Positions 44,806 to 49,775 of a DNA stretch of 49,775 bases are shown here, in pieces. The DNA comes from a virus (lineage: Duplodnaviria; Caudoviricetes): the IMG/VR virus record IMGVR_UViG_3300048630_000721, positions 1 to 49,775 of that record; one strand, given 5' to 3'. Numbering within the stretch: position 1 is the stretch's first letter; every line of letters begins with the position of its first letter. The translations under genes were made by a program, and so were the position numbers. A model generated the notes under the pieces. That model was not told the DNA's origin. It worked only from the letters and a program-made list of their open reading frames with translations, and made no database searches.

Positions 44806-45506
44806 ACCTCGACCTCTTCAACGATGGCATCTCGACCTACACCGGCGAGACCGACGGCCTGGAGCGCTACTACACGCCGACGCCGATCGTCGACGCGCTG
44901 CTCTCACGGATCGCGCCGGGCGACCTTCGACACAACGGGCGCGTGATCCTCGAGCCCTGCGCTGGACGGGCGCGCTCGATCGCCGACGCTGCTGCAAACT
45001 GGCGAGGCGCTGGCGGCAAGTACACCGTCGTCACGGGCGACCTCGACCCGGGCGCGAACGTGGACCACCACGGCGACGCGCTCGCGATGGATTGGCGCTC
45101 GACGATCTACGGGCGCTACTTCTGGCGCTCGATCACCAACCCGCCCTTCTCGCTCGCTGCTCCGCTGGTGCGTCACCTCGCCGAGCACACCGAACACGCG
45201 ATCACGATGCTCGTTCGCCTGAGCTTCCTCGAGCCGGTCGAGGATCGCCTCGATGTGCTCACAGGGTTCGACGCGAAGGGGCCGCTCGGGCGCGCGAAGA
45301 CGTGGCGGATCAGCGACGTGCTCGTGACGCCACGCCAGAAGTTTCGACAGGCGAGCGGAGGATCCTCGACGGACTCGGTGACGACCGCGTGGGTGACGTG
45401 GATGCCAGACCTAGAGAAGCCGGCGCGCTTCGACATCATCACGCGAGCAGAAGAGGAGCGCTGGAAGATCGCTCGCGCCGAAGGTCGGCTGGGGGTGATG
45501 CCATGA
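44802..45506 (+). CDS. Second amino (N6A/N4C) DNA methyltransferase-like protein
   Basis: YYTP, ILEPCAG, ITNPPF, LVRLSFLE. Confidence 0.82.
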   Translation: MNLDLFNDGISTYTGETDGLERYYTPTPIVDALLSRIAPGDLRHNGRVILEPCAGRARSIADAAANWRGAGGKYTVVTGDLDPGANVDHHGDALAMDWRSTIYGRYFWRSITNPPFSLAAPLVRHLAEHTEHAITMLVRLSFLEPVEDRLDVLTGFDAKGPLGRAKTWRISDVLVTPRQKFRQASGGSSTDSVTTAWVTWMPDLEKPARFDIITRAEEERWKIARAEGRLGVMP

Positions 45507-45760
45507 GTCAGCTCGACCTCACGCAACCACAAGACCACGCCGACGAGACAGGCCCGTTCGACCACATGTCGCGGGACCAGCTCGAGCGCCTGCTCGCCGT
45601 GTCACTCGAGCGAGCAAGGATCGCCGAGAGCCGCGTCGCAGCCGCTGAACTGCGAGCCGCCAAGGCCGAGGCCGAACTCAATATCATCAATCGCGCTCGC
45701 GAAGCAGCGGCCAGACGCCGCGCCGCCCGCGCCAAAGGACAAGAGGAGCTCACGATATGA
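45503..45760 (+). CDS. Hypothetical coiled-coil protein
   Basis: ATGA coupling on both sides. Confidence 0.6.
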   Translation: MSQLDLTQPQDHADETGPFDHMSRDQLERLLAVSLERARIAESRVAAAELRAAKAEAELNIINRAREAAARRRAARAKGQEELTI

Positions 45761-46014
45761 GTCAAAAGATCACATGTCCATGCTGCCAGGCCGAGATCGA
45801 AATCGTGCTGGAAACATCCGTCGTGCGGACAACGCAGCGCTCGGGAGCAAAGAGAACACCCATCGATCCAACGAAGCGGTCCCAGGCCGAGATCGATGCC
45901 GAGGCGCAGACGCTGGTCTGGGACGGCATCAGCCTCGGCCAAGCGCAGCAGATGAAAGTCGACCCGCGAGTCATCGACGCGATGATCGCCGTGCACGCGA
46001 GGATTCAAGGATGA
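45757..46014 (+). CDS. Hypothetical protein
   Basis: GAGGAG SD; CPCC N-terminus; coupled. Confidence 0.6.
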   Translation: MSQKITCPCCQAEIEIVLETSVVRTTQRSGAKRTPIDPTKRSQAEIDAEAQTLVWDGISLGQAQQMKVDPRVIDAMIAVHARIQG

Positions 46015-46217
46015 GCACTTTTTTAAACGGATACGAGCAGGACGCTCGGGCGCTGCTGCGAGGCGAGCGCGAGCAACTCAAACACAACCACCGGCGCGAC
46101 GACTTCGCCCTGGCCGAAGCCAACCGCGCGCTCGAGACGCGACGCCAGCGGCTCCCCTGGATCTGGAGGATGCGAGGTGCGCTCCGGGACTGGTGGGCGA
46201 TGAGAGGTGAGCGATGA
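46011..46217 (+). CDS. Hypothetical protein
   Basis: ATGA coupling on both sides. Confidence 0.5.
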   Translation: MSTFLNGYEQDARALLRGEREQLKHNHRRDDFALAEANRALETRRQRLPWIWRMRGALRDWWAMRGER

Positions 46218-46876
46218 GCGCACCGCCCGCAAGCGAGCTGGTCGACGCCTGCGCCCGATGGGGCATCGACGGCGCCGCCGAAGAATACGAGGTCGAGCCC
46301 GAGCAGGTCTGCAAGTGGCTCCGAGGGTATCGCGGCGAGGATCTCCCACCGGCGAGCGTCGACGAGCCTTTCTCATGGTGCGGCGAGTCGATCAGCGTGA
46401 GGCCCTCGTGGCGAATGCTCTGGCGCTACTGGCACAGGCACAAGGCAGGCGAGCCCGTATCGAAGCTGTCTGGCGAACTCGGCGTTTGCGACACCACGCT
46501 TCACGAGTGGTTCGACCGACTCACCGACGCTTATGAGCCAGTGCCACAGCCAGCAAAGATCAGGCGCAAGCCACAGCAAAGCAGCCCGCCCATGTCACGC
46601 AAGGTAAGGCGAGACAGGCGCGTGCCGACGCCCAGGCCCGAGACGCCATACGAGTGGCAGACGCTCAAAGACCTCGCGTCGCAAGAAGGAGCGCCCAAGA
46701 AGAAGCAGCTCGCGTACCGCGCTGCGACGCACCTCCCTCAATGGGAGCACTACGAGCGTCTACCGATCGAAGAGGCGGGCATCGTCCCACGGCACGGCAA
46801 GCAGCGTTTCGCGCTCCGACTCAAGCAAGGAACAACATGGGAAGCAATGGAAGGCGAACAACAGGAGGTGGAGTGA
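46214..46876 (+). CDS. Multi-HTH hypothetical DNA-binding protein
   Basis: GIDGAAEEYEVEPEQVCKWL and VSKLSGELGVCDTTLHEWF are HTH-like. Confidence 0.6.
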   Translation: MSAPPASELVDACARWGIDGAAEEYEVEPEQVCKWLRGYRGEDLPPASVDEPFSWCGESISVRPSWRMLWRYWHRHKAGEPVSKLSGELGVCDTTLHEWFDRLTDAYEPVPQPAKIRRKPQQSSPPMSRKVRRDRRVPTPRPETPYEWQTLKDLASQEGAPKKKQLAYRAATHLPQWEHYERLPIEEAGIVPRHGKQRFALRLKQGTTWEAMEGEQQEVE

Positions 46877-47214
46877 TGCAACTGACGATGTTCGATCGCG
46901 CGCCTTCTTACGACGCCCTCACAACTCGCTTGCTCGAGCGCGTCCGGGCCATCGCCAAGGCAAGAGGAGCTCACGAGATGCACGCTGGGTTGCGCGACCT
47001 TCAGGGCGGGGAGTGGCGACGCATAGCGCTGGAGCAAGGAGACGCGCTTTCAGCAACGCTCGCCACGGTGGCTTGGATGCTCAAGGATCACATCGAGTAC
47101 GGCAAATCTCTCTACCCGCTGCCTGACGGAGGGTGGACGACAGGCATCGAGGAAGCGGTGAGCGCAAGGCTCGCACCACTCGAAGCCAGCGAAGATAAGG
47201 AGGTGGCCGCATGA
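46876..47214 (+). CDS. Hypothetical protein
   Basis: GGAGG SD; TGATG coupling. Confidence 0.6.
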   Translation: MQLTMFDRAPSYDALTTRLLERVRAIAKARGAHEMHAGLRDLQGGEWRRIALEQGDALSATLATVAWMLKDHIEYGKSLYPLPDGGWTTGIEEAVSARLAPLEASEDKEVAA

Positions 47215-47468
47215 AAGGCTACGCAGTCCGCAAACACCGAAACCACCGCATCTACCTCGGCTCGATCGGCGATGGCTACCACGTCGTCGTGCACGACTCG
47301 ACTGGTTGCGAGATCGACGAGGCGACTGTGTACGACACGTTCAAGGCCGCGCTCGAAGAAGGCAAGGCCATCGTCGATAAGCTGCTGGAGCCGAGCGACG
47401 ACCAGGAGGATCTCTTCGACGACGCTTTCGAGGCGATGTGCCGAGCAACATACAAGGAGGGGTGGTGA
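47211..47468 (+). CDS. Hypothetical protein
   Basis: TAAGGAGG SD; ATGA coupling. Confidence 0.7.
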   Translation: MKGYAVRKHRNHRIYLGSIGDGYHVVVHDSTGCEIDEATVYDTFKAALEEGKAIVDKLLEPSDDQEDLFDDAFEAMCRATYKEGW

Positions 47469-47707
47469 AGATCGGACGATTCAAACCAGAGACCGACCCC
47501 AACAAGCACGACCCACGCGGCGTCACGTTCCGCGCCATCGTCGGGATGCACTCGACCGGCTGGGGCATCTCCGCGTCGAAGCGGTGTGCCGCGCTCTACA
47601 TGGGGCACGTCTGCCTCGAGGTCATGCTCTATGACAAGCAAGTCGTCGAGGCAAGGCTCGGCGAGTACGTGAGGACGCTGAAGGCGCTCGCGAGGAGGAG
47701 AAGATGA
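47465..47707 (+). CDS. Hypothetical protein
   Basis: AAGGAGG SD; GTGA coupling. Confidence 0.55.
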   Translation: MKIGRFKPETDPNKHDPRGVTFRAIVGMHSTGWGISASKRCAALYMGHVCLEVMLYDKQVVEARLGEYVRTLKALARRRR

Positions 47708-48072
47708 CAGGACCAAAGCAAGAGACCATCGAAGCGCTCACGTGCGAGATCGAGCGAGCACGCGACAAGTTCCCGAGCAACGCACACCTCTTCCTCGCGC
47801 TGGTCGAGGAGGTCGGCGAGCTGTCGAAAGACCTCCTCGAGGGAAATCCAGGCTGGCGAGAAGAGGCGCTCCAGGTCGCGTGTGTCGCGCTGCGGCTTTA
47901 CGAGGAAGGCGACCCGACGACGCCGCGAGGGGAGATCGAGCAAGGAGAGGAGACGCAACGGCGCCGAGGATGCCGGATCGAGGGGTGCAACGGATACATC
48001 TCTCGGGCGGTGCTCGGGTTGCAGTGCTTTTCCTGTGGACACCTGTACGAAGACGAGGAGGAATCACGATGA
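47704..48072 (+). CDS. MazG-like NTP pyrophosphohydrolase with C-terminal Cys cluster
   Basis: LALVEEVGELSK..L...REEALQVACVALR. Confidence 0.72.
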   Translation: MTGPKQETIEALTCEIERARDKFPSNAHLFLALVEEVGELSKDLLEGNPGWREEALQVACVALRLYEEGDPTTPRGEIEQGEETQRRRGCRIEGCNGYISRAVLGLQCFSCGHLYEDEEESR

Positions 48073-48419
48073 CGATCACGACACAAGACATCGCCAGGAT
48101 GCACGCCGAACAAAAGCGGATCGAAGCGCTCGCCGCCAGGGAGGTCCGCGCCATCGAGCTACAACTCGTCGACGAGATCCTCGAGCGACGCAAGCGACGA
48201 AGCGAAAGTGGGCGCCCGAACCTCGAAGGCATCGAGACCTACAAGGCGCTCTCGGGGGTGCTGCACATCGCGTCGACGACGCTGGCAGGCAGGGCGAACC
48301 CAAACGGCAAGATCGACACCGAGTGGGGAACGATCGTGGTCGAGGTGCTCGGCGAGACGAGGCGATGGGATGGAAATAGGCGCCGCCTCTGGCGCTTTCG
48401 ATGGGAGGATGAGCGATGA
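48069..48419 (+). CDS. Hypothetical protein
   Basis: GAGGAGG SD; ATGA coupling. Confidence 0.6.
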   Translation: MTITTQDIARMHAEQKRIEALAAREVRAIELQLVDEILERRKRRSESGRPNLEGIETYKALSGVLHIASTTLAGRANPNGKIDTEWGTIVVEVLGETRRWDGNRRRLWRFRWEDER

Positions 48420-48607
48420 AGAGCAGCAAGAAGACACTCACCGTCAAGGAAGTCGCCGAGATCCTCTCGATGCCTTGCCCCACGGTGTATGACCACCTGA
48501 GCAGCGGCACGATCCCCGGCAAGATCAAGATCGGGCGCAATGTCCGCGTGATCTCTGACGTGTTTTGGAGGTGGTTCGAAGATGCCCAGGATGGCGATGC
48601 TGCGTGA
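48416..48607 (+). CDS. xis: Excisionase-like HTH_17 protein
   Basis: LTVKEVAEIL....TVY.....G.IP...KIGR..RV; directly upstream of the integrase. Confidence 0.82.
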   Translation: MKSSKKTLTVKEVAEILSMPCPTVYDHLSSGTIPGKIKIGRNVRVISDVFWRWFEDAQDGDAA

Positions 48608-48674
48608 CAGCCCCCAAGAAACACGCGAGGGTGAGTGACCCGCAGAAGATCACCCACCCTCAAGTGAGGTGAAT

Positions 48675-49775
48675 ATGTCGAACATCAAAGTACGGCCCAG
48701 GAACGGTGGCTGGCAAGCGGATTTCCGCTACACCGACCCCGTGACGGGCAAGCGAAAGCGCAAGCAACCGCAGTGCCCTTACCCACAAAAGAAGAAGTCG
48801 ATCGCGTGGGCGCAAGAGTACAAGCAGCAGCTCGAAGCGCCACCGGAACCCGAACAGCTCGAAGCGCCGACGTTGCTCGAGTTCTGGCCACGCTACCGGG
48901 ACACGCACATCGCGACGCTCAAGCCCTCGACCGCGAACAACCAGGTCTACAAGGTCGAGGCGAGGTTGCTCCCCGAGCTGGGAGATCATCGCCTCGACGA
49001 GATCGACGCCTGGGCGATCGACTCCTACATCGCCAAGCGCCAGGAGGAGGTCAAAAACAAGACGATCCGCAACGAGATCTCGATCCTTTCCGGGATGCTC
49101 CGACGCGCTCGCCGTTGGGGTCTGCTCGATGGCGACTTGCCCGAGATCGAGTGGCCTCGCGTCGACCCGCCGAAGTGGCGAGCGCTCACGAGGGAGGAGA
49201 CCAAGGCGCTGTTTGCGTCTTGCGAGGATGAGCCCTTCATGGAGCGGCTCGCGCCGTTCCTCACCTACACAGGGCTAAGGCTCGGCGAGGCGCTCGCGCT
49301 CCGCTGGGAGGACATCGACCTGAAGTCATGCACCATGACGGTGTGTCGGTCCTACTCGGGCAAGGCAACCACGGCGCCAAAGAGCGGGAAGGCAAGACAT
49401 CTCCCGCTCGCGGACACCGCCGTCGCGATCCTCAAGGAGCAACGCACGCAGACGGGTTTGCTCGGCGGCCTCGTGTTCTGCAACGAGGACGGCACCCAAC
49501 TTCGACAGCCTCAACTCAAGAAGCCATGGACCCGCGCGATCAAGGCGAGCGGCATCAAGCACGCGCGTGTTCATGACCTCCGACACACGCACGCATCCTG
49601 GCTCGCCCAGGCGGGCGTTTCGCTCCAGTCGATCAAGGAACTGCTCGGGCACTCCGACATTCGAACAACGCTCCGCTACGCTCACCTCTGCACATCGAAT
49701 CTGGAGGGCGCGCTCGACGCGCTGGAGGAAAATGGTGACGAAATGGTGACTTCGGAGGGCACCCAAACGGCGTAG
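48675..49775 (+). CDS. int: Tyrosine integrase
   Basis: TGLRLGEALALRW, K in APKSG, HDLRHT, LLGHS...TLRY. Confidence 0.96.
   Translation: MSNIKVRPRNGGWQADFRYTDPVTGKRKRKQPQCPYPQKKKSIAWAQEYKQQLEAPPEPEQLEAPTLLEFWPRYRDTHIATLKPSTANNQVYKVEARLLPELGDHRLDEIDAWAIDSYIAKRQEEVKNKTIRNEISILSGMLRRARRWGLLDGDLPEIEWPRVDPPKWRALTREETKALFASCEDEPFMERLAPFLTYTGLRLGEALALRWEDIDLKSCTMTVCRSYSGKATTAPKSGKARHLPLADTAVAILKEQRTQTGLLGGLVFCNEDGTQLRQPQLKKPWTRAIKASGIKHARVHDLRHTHASWLAQAGVSLQSIKELLGHSDIRTTLRYAHLCTSNLEGALDALEENGDEMVTSEGTQTA
49730..49750. repeat. Tandem aaatggtgac x2 (candidate integrase arm-type sites)
   Basis: Exact 10-mer at 49730-49739 and 49741-49750 at the 3' end of int. Confidence 0.5.

Larger units (their letters stand above)
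1..49775. mobile_element. Temperate siphovirus-like prophage, near complete
   Basis: Ordered lysis, tail, head, terminase, replication, immunity, recombination, xis and int modules; dense ATGA/TGATG gene coupling. Boundaries and att sites not visible; membership of 1-4128 is inferred. Confidence 0.95.

Overview
The window is one near-complete temperate tailed prophage (HK97-type head, long non-contractile tail) from a high-GC host; the host lineage cannot be fixed from sequence alone. It is cut at gene boundaries, so att sites are not visible. Layout from left to right: accessory end with a lower-GC OLD-family ATPase/TOPRIM nuclease (1-4128); a long minus-strand arm with lysis, tail, head, terminase, small accessory genes and replication genes (4157-35098); an opposite-strand insert (35218-36767); an immunity region with an XRE repressor between two outward-facing, operator-bearing promoters (36826-37732); and a plus-strand early arm with a structured leader, ERF recombinase, antirepressor, three DNA-modification genes, MazG-like gene, excisionase and tyrosine integrase (37756-49775). 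Most notable observations: (1) an intact stand-alone response-regulator receiver coupled into a membrane-protein-rich lysis cassette, with no phage kinase; (2) a short N-terminal module (G-E/D-L/M-R-S...W) shared by 4-5 ORFs with unrelated C-termini, twice preceded by an 'LAARGV-x7-WW' ORF; (3) a tRNA-like cloverleaf in the early leader; (4) two paralogous tail-tube genes and a clear -1 frameshift; (5) candidate counter-defence and regulatory genes (Acb2/Tad1-like hairpin, cREC, MazG, Mom plus two methyltransferases, CsrA-like). All family assignments come from motif recognition by eye, with no database searches. Several start codons were re-assigned from SD sequences and stop/start overlaps.
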